A stretch of 64,000 bases of DNA from a candidate division CPR3 bacterium GWF2_35_18. GTDB taxonomy: Bacteria; Patescibacteriota; CPR3; GWF2-35-18. The stretch covers positions 23,436-87,435 of the forward strand of contig MESW01000009.1 of NCBI GenBank assembly GCA_001771135.1, given 5' to 3'. Below are positions 10,296 to 19,902 of this stretch, piece by piece (position 1 is the stretch's first letter; every line of letters begins with the position of its first letter). The notes under the pieces are model-generated. The model saw nothing but the letters and a program-made list of their open reading frames with translations. It was not told the DNA's origin and made no database searches. The translations under genes and the position numbers were made by a program.

Positions 10296-11405
10296 TTATT
10301 CGCGTTCGAAGCGGAAAAGTCTTAGGGCTAAAGTGATGGAAATTATCAACCATCCACCCATAAAAAGAAGTTCTGTTTGAAGCTCAAAAAGATTCGCATC
10401 CTGCAAGGCGATTTTTCGCAAGGCTTCAATAAAAGGAGTAAGAGGTAAATAAGAAACGACATTTTTTATCACATCTGGTAAAGCCTCTTTCGAAAAGAAA
10501 ACGCCCGAAAGAAACATCATCGGCATCGAAACAACTTGAATCATTCCTTGAGCGGCATCCACGGTTTTGGCGACACCAGCCACCGCAAACCCTAAGCTTA
10601 AAAATATTAACTGCCCCAACAAACCGATAAAATAAAGATAAAAAATATTTCCAAAGATATGAACTTTGAAGATAAAAAGAGAGATCAAAATTATCAGAGT
10701 CATTTGGATCAAACTGATAAGAAGATTGGATAAAACAAAAGCCAACAGAAATGACCTTGTCCGAAGAGGTGTAGACATGAGCTTTCGTAAAGTATGTTTT
10801 TCACGAAAAGAAACAATACTCATAGCGATTCCAAACAATCCACCTTGCATCAGAGACATTCCTATTATTCCAGGAACTAGAACATCTAGATAATTAATAT
10901 TCTTGGATTCGATCTCCTGTTTTTCATAGGAAAAAACTTGAGGGGTTTGGAAAATCTGAATATTCATTCCAGACATAAATTGTTCAAGTAATCCAAAAAC
11001 AATCCCGTTTAACTGCACATTACTTTTGTCGTAAAATACCTGAATCGGCTCCACGGCAACACGAGAAGGTCCAGATTCGGTCATTTGTAAATTAAAATTC
11101 TGTGGAATTATGAAGACAAAGTCAAGATCTCCATCTAAAACAGCATTTTTCGCTTCTTCCTCATTTTGATAGTTATCGTCTATTTTCAAAACTTCAACTT
11201 TTTTTAAATTATCGACAAAATCTTTTGAGAATTCTGAATCAGCATTATCTATCAAAGCCACATTTGAGACACCCATCTTATCAAAATTAAAAAGTCCAAA
11301 AATCAGAATAAACATTATCGGAAAAAAGATCATCCAAAAAAGGGTATCCTTTTGCCTTAAAAACATTTTGATTCTGGCAATAAATAATTTCCAAAAAGAC
11401 TTCAT
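10296..11405 (-). CDS. ABC-2 type transporter permease
   Basis: N-terminal TM, ~190-aa extracytoplasmic domain, then 5 C-terminal TMs; directly downstream of an ABC ATPase with a 2-nt gap. Confidence 0.7.
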   Translation of the reverse strand: MKSFWKLFIARIKMFLRQKDTLFWMIFFPIMFILIFGLFNFDKMGVSNVALIDNADSEFSKDFVDNLKKVEVLKIDDNYQNEEEAKNAVLDGDLDFVFIIPQNFNLQMTESGPSRVAVEPIQVFYDKSNVQLNGIVFGLLEQFMSGMNIQIFQTPQVFSYEKQEIESKNINYLDVLVPGIIGMSLMQGGLFGIAMSIVSFREKHTLRKLMSTPLRTRSFLLAFVLSNLLISLIQMTLIILISLFIFKVHIFGNIFYLYFIGLLGQLIFLSLGFAVAGVAKTVDAAQGMIQVVSMPMMFLSGVFFSKEALPDVIKNVVSYLPLTPFIEALRKIALQDANLFELQTELLFMGGWLIISITLALRLFRFERE

Positions 11406-11407
11406 TG

Positions 11408-12205
11408 TTACTCCCTTAAACTTTTCCCAGTAAGATTTAAAAAAACATCCTCAAGATCAGCAAGCTGCCGGACTCTTTCTTTTTTAAATCCAGACTTCAA
11501 TAAATTTTCAATTAATTTTTGTGGGGTATCCAAAGTGATAATTTTACCCTCATCCATAATGGCCACTCGGTCACACAGAACCTCTGCTTCTTCCATATAG
11601 TGTGTAGTTAATATCACAGTTTTTCCTCTTTGTTTTAGCTTTTTGATTATTTCCCAGGTATGACGACGGGCTTGCGGATCAAGTCCAGTTGTAGGTTCGT
11701 CAAGAAAAATCACCTCTGGATCATTTACCATAGCTACTCCAATTGATAATCTCTGTCGTTGTCCACCTGAAAGCTTCTTAACCAAAGTATTTTTCTTCTC
11801 CTGTAAATCAAAATCATCTATTATTTCTGCTAAATCTTTCTGATACTTGTAAAATGAAGCAAAAAGATCCAGAGTCTCACAAACTGTCAGCTCTTCAAAA
11901 AATGCCGATGACTGTAATTGCACTCCAATTCTTTCTTTTAACTCTTTGATATTTGTACGAACATCAAATCCTAAAATCGAAATTTCTCCATTACTGATAC
12001 TCCTTAAGCTTTCCATCATTTCCACCGTTGTAGTTTTCCCTGCTCCATTTGGACCCAGTAGACCAAAAACTTCGTTTTTGTAGACCTCAAAGGAAATCCC
12101 TTTTACGGCTTCGAGCTCACCGTTATATTTTTTATGCAGATCTTTTACTTTGATAACAACTTCTTTTTTCATATTAACTATTACTAAATAAAGATAAGAA
12201 AACAA
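11408..12205 (-). CDS. ABC transporter ATP-binding protein
   Basis: Walker A GPNGAGKTT; signature LSGGQRQRLSIG; Walker B IFLDEPTTGLD; true start probably MKKEVV at 12172. Confidence 0.9.
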   Translation of the reverse strand: MFSYLYLVIVNMKKEVVIKVKDLHKKYNGELEAVKGISFEVYKNEVFGLLGPNGAGKTTTVEMMESLRSISNGEISILGFDVRTNIKELKERIGVQLQSSAFFEELTVCETLDLFASFYKYQKDLAEIIDDFDLQEKKNTLVKKLSGGQRQRLSIGVAMVNDPEVIFLDEPTTGLDPQARRHTWEIIKKLKQRGKTVILTTHYMEEAEVLCDRVAIMDEGKIITLDTPQKLIENLLKSGFKKERVRQLADLEDVFLNLTGKSLRE

Positions 12206-12249
12206 TAAACCAGTCTAGCAAAATGATAATTAAAGTCAAGAGGAGAATG

Positions 12250-13293
12250 TTATACTTTCAAAATATCCATCGCCACTTTATTCACAAAACGGTAGTGAAT
12301 TACTTCCATAAATGCGTCGGCAAAAAAATCCGCAGCATTTCCCATTCCTTGAGCTAATCGTAATACCCTTTTCTGAATATTTTGGTATTTCAATATATTT
12401 TGAATCTTTGGAGTATCGTATTCTGGAGCAATAATTTTTCGAGCAACCTCTTCACCTGTAACAATAGCATTATAAATCCCCTCTCCTGTTAACGGAGCTG
12501 TAAAACCACCAGCATCTCCAATTAAAAACATATTTCCAAACTCAAATCCTTGATAATCATAGTTTATAGGAGCACTTTCATACTGACATTTTGAAAGATC
12601 TATTTTCTTACTTTTAATGAAATCTTCTAATTTAGGCTTAATATCGCTAATCTTTGATCTTTGCGTAACATCTATTCCAGTTCCAATTGATGTAAAATTC
12701 TGGTGAGGAAATATCCACAGATACGTAAACCCATATTTTTCAACATTAACAAATAATTCCATATCTTGCATCTGTTTAGGCACTACATAGTGAAAAGCTA
12801 CTAAAAGATTCTTAGATTCCAAATTAAGAGATCGGCGTACTACCGAACTTGCGCCATCTGCACCTATCAAATAATCAAAACTAACTTCTTGTCCGCTATT
12901 TAGATAAACTTTTTCTTGATCTACTTTTATCACCGTACTAGTAACTAAAGGAACTCCCAACTTCTTAACTATTGAGTATTGCCATTTACCTAAAACTTCT
13001 CGATCAATTGTATAGGCAAGAGGAATTTCAATCCTAACTCTACTTATTTTGTGATGACTATGGAGAAGAACTGAGGAAAATTCTCGAGAAATAATATCTT
13101 TTGGAATACCTGATTCTAAATCTTTATGAGTTAATCCACCGGCACAAACTTTCTTCCCAATCACTTTATTCTTTTCTAAAATAACGACTTCTTTTCCTGC
13201 CTCTTTTAGAATTCTAGCTGCAGCTAATCCTGCTGGTCCTGCTCCAATGACGATAACTTCATAATGAGATTTAAGCTTATTTTTGGGAGTCAT
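12250..13293 (-). CDS. Geranylgeranyl reductase family FAD-dependent oxidoreductase
   Basis: FAD-binding VIVIGAGPAGLAAARIL; GGR-type motif FLIGDAGGFTAPLTGEGI. Confidence 0.7.
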   Translation of the reverse strand: MTPKNKLKSHYEVIVIGAGPAGLAAARILKEAGKEVVILEKNKVIGKKVCAGGLTHKDLESGIPKDIISREFSSVLLHSHHKISRVRIEIPLAYTIDREVLGKWQYSIVKKLGVPLVTSTVIKVDQEKVYLNSGQEVSFDYLIGADGASSVVRRSLNLESKNLLVAFHYVVPKQMQDMELFVNVEKYGFTYLWIFPHQNFTSIGTGIDVTQRSKISDIKPKLEDFIKSKKIDLSKCQYESAPINYDYQGFEFGNMFLIGDAGGFTAPLTGEGIYNAIVTGEEVARKIIAPEYDTPKIQNILKYQNIQKRVLRLAQGMGNAADFFADAFMEVIHYRFVNKVAMDILKV

Positions 13294-13684
13294 TTTTTAT
13301 TTCTGTCTTGATACTTTTTTTCTCTAATAATAACCCAAGCAATATACTGTTTATCGGAATTGATAAATACCGAAAACCAATTTCTTTCATATAGGTTACA
13401 AAAGTCATATCTTTATTGAAAGACAACACGCCCACAATATCGAGCAAAATTCCCAAAACGAAACCAAAAACACCAATCAAGATACCATCAATTAAAAAAT
13501 GGCTCTTTTTATCCATATAATAATAATAGGATAATCCACACCAAGTAAGCATTCCAATCACAATCATAATGGTTTTGAAATAATGGATATCTGTCTGCAT
13601 CAAAGGGAAAAAAAGTAGACTAAAAGCATAAGGAATTGCCCACATTAAAAAAGTAATCAGCAAAATTGTAAGGTATTTTTTCAT
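13277..13684 (-). CDS. Small integral membrane protein, 4 TM
   Basis: 135 aa hydrophobic; 17-nt overlap with the downstream reductase gene suggests coupling. Confidence 0.5.
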   Translation of the reverse strand: MKKYLTILLITFLMWAIPYAFSLLFFPLMQTDIHYFKTIMIVIGMLTWCGLSYYYYMDKKSHFLIDGILIGVFGFVLGILLDIVGVLSFNKDMTFVTYMKEIGFRYLSIPINSILLGLLLEKKSIKTEIKNDSQK

Positions 13685-13694
13685 ATTTAATCCT

Positions 13695-14525
13695 TTAATT
13701 TTCTTTCAAAGATTTTAGCTCAGCAATAATATCTTGAATAATATCTTTAGCTTCCTGAACTTCCTGTTTTGCCTTCTGTAAATCTTGCTTTCCCGCCTCT
13801 AAATAAGCCTCAGATTCAGTAGTATCTTCAGCAGGTTCCATAGCTCGAAAATTACTTTTGGCAGAATCAAGATAACCTTGAATTTCTTGGAATTTTGCCT
13901 GTAAATTATCAACTAGACCCTCAACAACAGTAGTATCTTTTCCTGCGTTTTTATATTCTTCAATAGCTATTTCTATTCTCGTAATTACTTTTGCCTCATT
14001 CTCGGATAAAACGTATTCTGCCCATCCAACGGCGCGCAGCCCTCGATCTTTGGGGAGCTCAACAATATAAACACGGTAATCATAAAAAATATTCCTTATT
14101 AGATCTTTTAAAGAAGCTAAATCAGTAGCGCTTTCTATAGAAGCTTTAAGTGCAACTAAACCGTCATAACTTGTCTGCATATTCGTCACAATTTCATCGC
14201 GATTTTCTTCTGACAATCGCAAAGTATTCCCGAGAATTTCCTGGGCTTTGGTCAGATCTTGCAGTCGAACATCAATCAGCTTAATTGCATATTCCTTTAA
14301 CATTTGAAGCCTATCTTCAGCTAAAGAATTTCGGAAATTTTCCAGTGTTTGCTGTAGTTCTGCTTGATTCTCTTGAAGCTGTGTCCTAATTTCACTCACG
14401 TATTGATTTTTATTTGAAGAAGAAGTGCTTTGAAGGAAATCTCCAAAAGCTAAAGATGATTGAGGAGTAAATAATATTAAAGCAAAAATAATGCTTAATA
14501 TGGTTTGAGTTTTGTTTTTCTTCAT
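13695..14525 (-). CDS. Secreted coiled-coil protein
   Basis: Signal peptide (..SSLAFG); heptad-like Q/E/L-rich sequence. Confidence 0.5.
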   Translation of the reverse strand: MKKNKTQTILSIIFALILFTPQSSLAFGDFLQSTSSSNKNQYVSEIRTQLQENQAELQQTLENFRNSLAEDRLQMLKEYAIKLIDVRLQDLTKAQEILGNTLRLSEENRDEIVTNMQTSYDGLVALKASIESATDLASLKDLIRNIFYDYRVYIVELPKDRGLRAVGWAEYVLSENEAKVITRIEIAIEEYKNAGKDTTVVEGLVDNLQAKFQEIQGYLDSAKSNFRAMEPAEDTTESEAYLEAGKQDLQKAKQEVQEAKDIIQDIIAELKSLKEN

Positions 14526-14573
14526 ATCTTTAGTCCTTTTTAATCTTTATGTTTTAATTCTAAAAATCTTTTA

Positions 14574-14981
14574 CTAGATAGTAGGCATGGTATCATCTTG
14601 TGTTTGATAGTCCTCAATATCAACTAGAGAATTTTCTAAATCTACTAGAGCATCATCTAACTCATCATTAAGATTATTCAACTCTATGATTCCCTCACTT
14701 TGATTATCTTGTTCTGTTTTTGTTGTCGCCTCCGAGGTTGCTTGTTCAATATCAAAAGATCGCTGTGCTGACTGGGAAGAGGTATTATTATCTTCGGAAG
14801 TTGAAGGTTTACTATTTACCAAAAAAAATATTACTACTATAACCAAAAAGATAAAAATTAAAAGAAAGAGAATAATTAGAACAGAAAAACCTTTTTTTGT
14901 TTCTGGAACATAGTTTTGACTAGAAGCAGCTTCCTGCCACTTTGATTGATTTTGAACATTGTTTATATTATTTTCTTTCAT
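14574..14981 (-). CDS. Single-pass membrane protein with acidic C-terminal tail
   Basis: Central TM (LIILFLLIFIFLVIVVIFFLV); D/E-rich C-terminus. Confidence 0.45.
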   Translation of the reverse strand: MKENNINNVQNQSKWQEAASSQNYVPETKKGFSVLIILFLLIFIFLVIVVIFFLVNSKPSTSEDNNTSSQSAQRSFDIEQATSEATTKTEQDNQSEGIIELNNLNDELDDALVDLENSLVDIEDYQTQDDTMPTI

Positions 14982-15209
14982 AATCTTCCTCCTATACTAC
15001 TTTTTACTTGCACATATAATGCTAAAGGAAATAATTAAGAAATGCAACATGAGGTATTTTATAATTCGAGAGTAGGAATTAATATGAGTTAATTCTAAAA
15101 AATTTCCATGAACGTAAGTTCGTAGATATGCCAAATCCTAATATGATTTAGAGCCATAATCTTCGCAAAGCGAGAATTAGAGATACCACAGATGTAAGTC
15201 CGTGATAGT

Positions 15210-15977
15210 TCATTTGAAATTCCTAGTCTCAAATATGCTATAAAGAATAATCGAACCTGCAATCGTCGCGTTTAGAGAATCAACTTTCCCTTTCATTGGA
15301 ATTGAGATAAGACCATCACAGTTCTTTTTCACTAAATCTCTCAACCCTTCTCCCTCACTTCCAACGACAACTCCAACTGGACCAGATAGATCTTGTTCGT
15401 TATATTTCACTCCTTCATTTACACCACCAAGTCCATAAACCCAGACATTCTTCTCTTTCAAGACCTGAATTGCCTGAGAGATATTTGCAACCTGAGAAAT
15501 CAAAAGATGTTCAGCAGCTCCAGAGGAAGAGTTTACAACAGACGGAGTTATCCCCACAGCACGTCGTTCTTGAATAATCACACCATGCACACCGGTTGCT
15601 TCCGCAGTTCTCAGTAATGACCCCACGTTTTGAGGATCTTGTAAAAGATCAAGGATTAAAACTAAAGAATCTTCATTTTGATTCCGACTAAAAGTGAAAA
15701 TCTCATCAAGAGTTACATAAGGATACGTACTTCCTTCCAAAACCACACCTTGATGCTGTCGATGTTTAACTATCGCTTCGAGTTTGTGTTGAGTAATCGG
15801 CGTGATCGGAATCTTCTTTGAACTACAAAGGGATTTTATCTCGGTAATAACATCGGATTTTAAATCAACTCCTTGAGAAAGATAGAGATTTTTAAATTTC
15901 CGACGGCTTGCTCTTAATGATTCTAGAACTGGATTTCTTCCGTATAAATATTCCATATTGATTAATTTAAATATCAA
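15210..15977 (-). CDS. rlmB: SpoU/TrmH family 23S rRNA (guanosine-2'-O)-methyltransferase
   Basis: Motifs LDLLQDPQNVGSLLRTAEATG, GSEGEGL, IPMKGKVDSLNATIAGSIILY; start may be MEYLYG at 15956. Confidence 0.8.
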   Translation of the reverse strand: MIFKLINMEYLYGRNPVLESLRASRRKFKNLYLSQGVDLKSDVITEIKSLCSSKKIPITPITQHKLEAIVKHRQHQGVVLEGSTYPYVTLDEIFTFSRNQNEDSLVLILDLLQDPQNVGSLLRTAEATGVHGVIIQERRAVGITPSVVNSSSGAAEHLLISQVANISQAIQVLKEKNVWVYGLGGVNEGVKYNEQDLSGPVGVVVGSEGEGLRDLVKKNCDGLISIPMKGKVDSLNATIAGSIILYSIFETRNFK

Positions 15978-16043
15978 AGCTCAAAGTAAATACTAATTAA
16001 CTAATGCGTTTGTGTCAATGTGAAAAGTGATAGGTGTCAGAAA

Positions 16044-16562
16044 CTACTTTACGACATCAATTCTTACTTTCAATACTCCACGCGAAAGAGGAGATAGTTC
16101 TGCAAAAGCTGCTTTTGATAAATCCAAAGATACTCCACGTGAATAAAAAGCTCCACGATCATTTACTTTTACCTCTATCGAATTACCATTTTCAATATTG
16201 GTAACTTTTAAGATTGTTCCAAAAGCATACTCTGGAGATGCTGCAGTTGTATAAGCATTCATATCAAAGACTTCTCCACTACTTGTTCTGCGACCATGTA
16301 AAGCATCACCATAATAGGTAACCACACCTATGCCTTTATCTATATACGTCTTTTTTTTAGCCCCAATTTTTACCTCTTCATTAAGGCTAACTTGTTTCTT
16401 GGTGCCGATTAAAATCTTATCCCTATTTTCAATTTTTGTTTCTAAACGTACTACCGCTCTAGCATGTTTTGGAAAAACGACCTTATCTAAAGGGTAAGTT
16501 GTCGAAACAAGATTAAAAACAAAAAAACTGCTAAAAAGCGCAGTCCTTTTAAACACATCCAT
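16044..16562 (-). CDS. rlpA: RlpA-like double-psi beta-barrel lipoprotein (septal ring lytic transglycosylase family)
   Basis: DPBB motif YYGDALHGRRTSSGEVFDMNAYTAASPEYAFGTILKVTNIENGNSIEVKVNDRGAF; N-terminal signal/anchor. Confidence 0.8.
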   Translation of the reverse strand: MDVFKRTALFSSFFVFNLVSTTYPLDKVVFPKHARAVVRLETKIENRDKILIGTKKQVSLNEEVKIGAKKKTYIDKGIGVVTYYGDALHGRRTSSGEVFDMNAYTTAASPEYAFGTILKVTNIENGNSIEVKVNDRGAFYSRGVSLDLSKAAFAELSPLSRGVLKVRIDVVK

Positions 16563-16628
16563 CTAATAATATTCTGTGGGGCAGAATACAGACTTCAATA
16601 ATTAATCTTTACTGACTTCAGCCAGCTG

Positions 16629-16714
16629 CTAATCTTTAAATCCTAAACAATAATTAAATATAGAAATAATTAATTACAATAAAGTTGGGGGATTGTTTAG
16701 GATTTAAAGATTAG
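16629..16714. repeat. Perfect 22-bp inverted repeat pair (CTAATCTTTAAATCCTAAACAA / TTGTTTAGGATTTAAAGATTAG) with a 42-nt AT-rich spacer in a divergent promoter region
   Basis: Arms at 16629-16650 and 16693-16714 are exact reverse complements. Confidence 0.8.
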
Positions 16715-16850
16715 AATTCAAAAAATTTGATAGTACGGGTTGGAAGGATAACAAAAAGATAAAAATATGTCAAATTTAAGCATTTTTGGTGATAACGATA
16801 TCTTTTTCTGCTACAATTGAAACCTAATATAAAATTACTAATTTTTACCT

Positions 16851-17651
16851 ATGTCCTTGAAATTAAATTGGATTGAAAAAAATAGATCTGCCGAAATCGT
16901 CATCGTCTTTGTGATTTTCATTTCTATAACCGCTGTACTTTTTATTTACTTGAATCCTCAAGAAATTATCAAACAGGTTCGTGACGCCAAAAGACTGGAC
17001 GACATGAACAAAATAAGAAGCGCTTTGGACCATTACAAAGCTGAACACAACTGGACCTATCCAAATAATATATTCCTACTGACAGACTATATCTCTCCTA
17101 TACCCACCGATCCTTTAACTCACAAATATTATGGTTATGTTGTAAACAGTTTGAACACCCTATACGAACTGAACTGCAATTTGGAAAGTATCAAAAAATT
17201 ACCTCTAGAAAAAACCGACAACGGAGACAACGATAATCTTTATGAAATTGGAACAGACCTCACTCTGATGAAACAAGGACTCTATAACAATCTTGGAGTC
17301 AATCCTCCTCCAAATGTTTTCGAACTAATTTCTCCAAAAGAAACAGACACAATTAGTATTAAAGAAACCGATAAAGGCTGTTTATTCAATACCACCCTGT
17401 CTTGGCAAGAAGCGATAGATCCAGGAGATACAAATAGCTATTTCTATTACATTGATAATAACCCTGATTTTAGCAGCCCCGAAATTGTCGGAAAGACTTC
17501 AAATACCACAATCGCTTTGACTGAATATTTCAAAAACGTTAATTGTGCGGAAGTGGAAGACAAAATGTATCTAATTCTGGTAGCTCAAGACAGTGGAGGA
17601 AATTTAACAGACACAAATCCGATAATCATCAAAACTACACTTTCTCAATGA
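16851..17651 (+). CDS. Type IV pilin / pseudopilin-like secreted protein with non-canonical leader
   Basis: N-terminal hydrophobic helix AEIVIVFVIFISITAVLFIYL followed by the pilin-like segment QVRDAKRLDDMNKIRSALDHYKAEHNWTYP; lacks the canonical G|FTLIE cleavage motif. Confidence 0.5.
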   Translation: MSLKLNWIEKNRSAEIVIVFVIFISITAVLFIYLNPQEIIKQVRDAKRLDDMNKIRSALDHYKAEHNWTYPNNIFLLTDYISPIPTDPLTHKYYGYVVNSLNTLYELNCNLESIKKLPLEKTDNGDNDNLYEIGTDLTLMKQGLYNNLGVNPPPNVFELISPKETDTISIKETDKGCLFNTTLSWQEAIDPGDTNSYFYYIDNNPDFSSPEIVGKTSNTTIALTEYFKNVNCAEVEDKMYLILVAQDSGGNLTDTNPIIIKTTLSQ

Positions 17652-18201
17652 TCCTTTGGAGGTTCGGAATTCTAAACTCTTTTTTAAAATTATATAAACG
17701 AGTCAAAGGACCTTTTCCAAATTTTTGATACTGTTGCTCTCTTTTTTCAAAAGTTACGAACCCTTTATCTTTACTGTGAAATTTATCTGCGTAACAAAGG
17801 ATTTTTTCCTCAAGGGTCTCGGGAATAAAATCTAAATGAGGTAAAGGATAATTATGATCTTCAATTTCTTTTTTAGAAATTCCTAAGCCAATATGACGTT
17901 CTACCATTCTAATAATAGCTTCAGAAAATCCTTCGGCTCGTAGGATCATCGCGCCTAGAAAAGCATGTTGAATATATGGCTTAACAACACGTGGACCGTA
18001 AACCTTTTCACATTCAAAAACTCCAATATCATGAAGTAATATTCCTTTTTCCGCAATATCCCAGTTTAGAGACAGCTTGTTTTCAGACACAATCTGTTTG
18101 GCAATTTGTAAAGTAATTGTTGTATGAAGAAAAACATCTTCTGCTCCTTTTTGAGTCGGAGAATATTTTTGAAACAGCTTAAAAAATTCCTTCATCACCA
18201 A
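17635..18201 (-). CDS. HD-domain phosphohydrolase
   Basis: HD motif ILLHDIGVFE with upstream His (FLHTTITLQ) and downstream RHIGLG, CYADKFHSKD. Confidence 0.7.
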   Translation of the reverse strand: MVMKEFFKLFQKYSPTQKGAEDVFLHTTITLQIAKQIVSENKLSLNWDIAEKGILLHDIGVFECEKVYGPRVVKPYIQHAFLGAMILRAEGFSEAIIRMVERHIGLGISKKEIEDHNYPLPHLDFIPETLEEKILCYADKFHSKDKGFVTFEKREQQYQKFGKGPLTRLYNFKKEFRIPNLQRIIEKV

Positions 18202-18961
18202 AAATTCCTTTCATTAAAGATATCGAAATATAACCTTTATTCAAAGCTCCGGTATCCAGTTTTTCATCTAGCTCTCGTTCTATTTTAGAAGCATAAACTT
18301 CTTTATTATAAATAAAGGTGTGCGTTTTATGATCAATTATGACTGGATAATGCCAGTATTTGGTGCTATTACCACTCACTTTTGTAAACTTTACCTGAGT
18401 CGTTGCTTCATGGGGAAAATTTACATTTATTAATTTCGCTTCGTATAAATTCTTGGCAATACAATCATCAATAACTTTAGAGGCCATTTCTCCTGGATAT
18501 TTTAGAAATTCTTGAAAACCATCTTCCAAACTGTGATTTCGAAGCCAATCATTACTATTATTTCTTTTATAGCTCAAACAGATAGCCTTCTCTGATAACT
18601 GAACACTAAGACCCCGGATTGCCGCCGCAACTGTTCCCGAAGAGATATTGGCATAAGCAATATTTTCCCCCCAATTAATTCCCGAGATAATAAGATCAAA
18701 CTTATTCTTGAAATAGCCTTGAGCAAATTCCATCGTGTCTGCGGGAGTTCCGTCTACCCAAAATGCCTTTACCCCTTCAACGACTTCCTCTCCCCAAGAA
18801 TGAGAGGCAAGAAAAGTTAATTTTCCTCCTACTCCAGATTGTTGGGTTTTGGTAGCGGCAATAATCAAGTTGTATTTATCTTTAAGTAAACGAGCTAAAA
18901 CTCTCGTACCCAGAGAGTTATACCCATCATCGCCGGTAAGCAAAATATTCTTAACTTCCAT
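18179..18961 (-). CDS. surE: 5'/3'-nucleotidase SurE
   Basis: N-terminal ILLTGDDGYNSLG; SurE core ISGINWGENIAYANISSGTVAAAIRG; 23-nt overlap with the downstream HD gene. Confidence 0.8.
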   Translation of the reverse strand: MEVKNILLTGDDGYNSLGTRVLARLLKDKYNLIIAATKTQQSGVGGKLTFLASHSWGEEVVEGVKAFWVDGTPADTMEFAQGYFKNKFDLIISGINWGENIAYANISSGTVAAAIRGLSVQLSEKAICLSYKRNNSNDWLRNHSLEDGFQEFLKYPGEMASKVIDDCIAKNLYEAKLINVNFPHEATTQVKFTKVSGNSTKYWHYPVIIDHKTHTFIYNKEVYASKIERELDEKLDTGALNKGYISISLMKGIFGDEGIF

Positions 18962-18964
18962 AGT

Positions 18965-19405
18965 TTATCTTTCTAAAACCTTTATATCTGTAACGGTTTT
19001 AATTTTGCCTAAATATATTGGTAAAACTTTTTGATGTCCCACAAAAAAAGGTTCTGGCAATTCATCTTTAGAAAACCAATTCCAACCTTCACAACAATCT
19101 GGTTCAGCATTTGCAATTTCACCTTTCCAACTTTTTATAATGTAAACAAAACGGACATAATGCTCCTCCTGATGATTCGGAGTATCGTTAACGACTGCAA
19201 ACAAATCGATCTCATTTGCTTTAACACCAGTTTCTTCGAACAGCTCCCGTTTTGCACAGTCTAGAGTAGATTCTCCAACTTCAAGGTGTCCTCCGGGAAA
19301 AGCCCATTGCCCAGCCCCAAAAATATTCTTACGCTTTCCCAGTAGTACTTTTCCTCCTTTTTCCAGGATCATTTCACAAGAAACTTTGACTATTTTTTCT
19401 TTCAT
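18965..19405 (-). CDS. NUDIX hydrolase
   Basis: Nudix box GGHLEVGESTLDCAKRELFEETGV; 4-nt ATGA overlap with the upstream gene. Confidence 0.8.
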   Translation of the reverse strand: MKEKIVKVSCEMILEKGGKVLLGKRKNIFGAGQWAFPGGHLEVGESTLDCAKRELFEETGVKANEIDLFAVVNDTPNHQEEHYVRFVYIIKSWKGEIANAEPDCCEGWNWFSKDELPEPFFVGHQKVLPIYLGKIKTVTDIKVLER

Positions 19406-19902
19406 TTTTCTCCTAGGTAATGACCAATATATGGTAATGAAAACTTCCGTTTCAGATATTTTTTGTAGAGATTAATTGCATTTGCATGATCAAAACCAAT
19501 TTGGGAATTTTCCGGTAGATTATTAAAATCAAACCAAAGGACTTCCGAAATCTCTCGATCATGATCCCCAGTTTTTTCTTCTACATCTACCACATAAAAA
19601 AAGCTGATATTTTGATTATCTTCGACGTTTGTTCTTTTTGGATCATCATTGATTTGAAGTAAAAACTTAATTTTTCCAAGATAACCTGTTTCTTCTTTTA
19701 ATTCTCGTAATACCGCCTCACTGACAACTTCATCTCGATCAATATAACCACCCGGTAACGCGTATTTTCCTGGTTCAAAAAAAGCAGTATTTGATCGTTT
19801 TACCATCAAAATTTTATTGTCTTTAATTACAATAGCATCACAGGTTACATGACGCAATTTGGCTGGATTTCCATTGGGAAATTTACAAGTAATCATATTC
19901 AA
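19402..19902 (-). CDS. NUDIX hydrolase
   Basis: Nudix box GGYIDRDEVVSEAVLRELKEETGY. Confidence 0.8.
   Translation of the reverse strand: MNMITCKFPNGNPAKLRHVTCDAIVIKDNKILMVKRSNTAFFEPGKYALPGGYIDRDEVVSEAVLRELKEETGYLGKIKFLLQINDDPKRTNVEDNQNISFFYVVDVEEKTGDHDREISEVLWFDFNNLPENSQIGFDHANAINLYKKYLKRKFSLPYIGHYLGEK

Noticed and set aside
15000-15210. Possible tRNA or small RNA in the 210-nt intergenic gap
   Set aside because: No T-loop-like GTTCGAATC/TTCAAAT motif or cloverleaf-compatible stems were found by eye; the sequence is AT-rich and more likely promoter/UTR.
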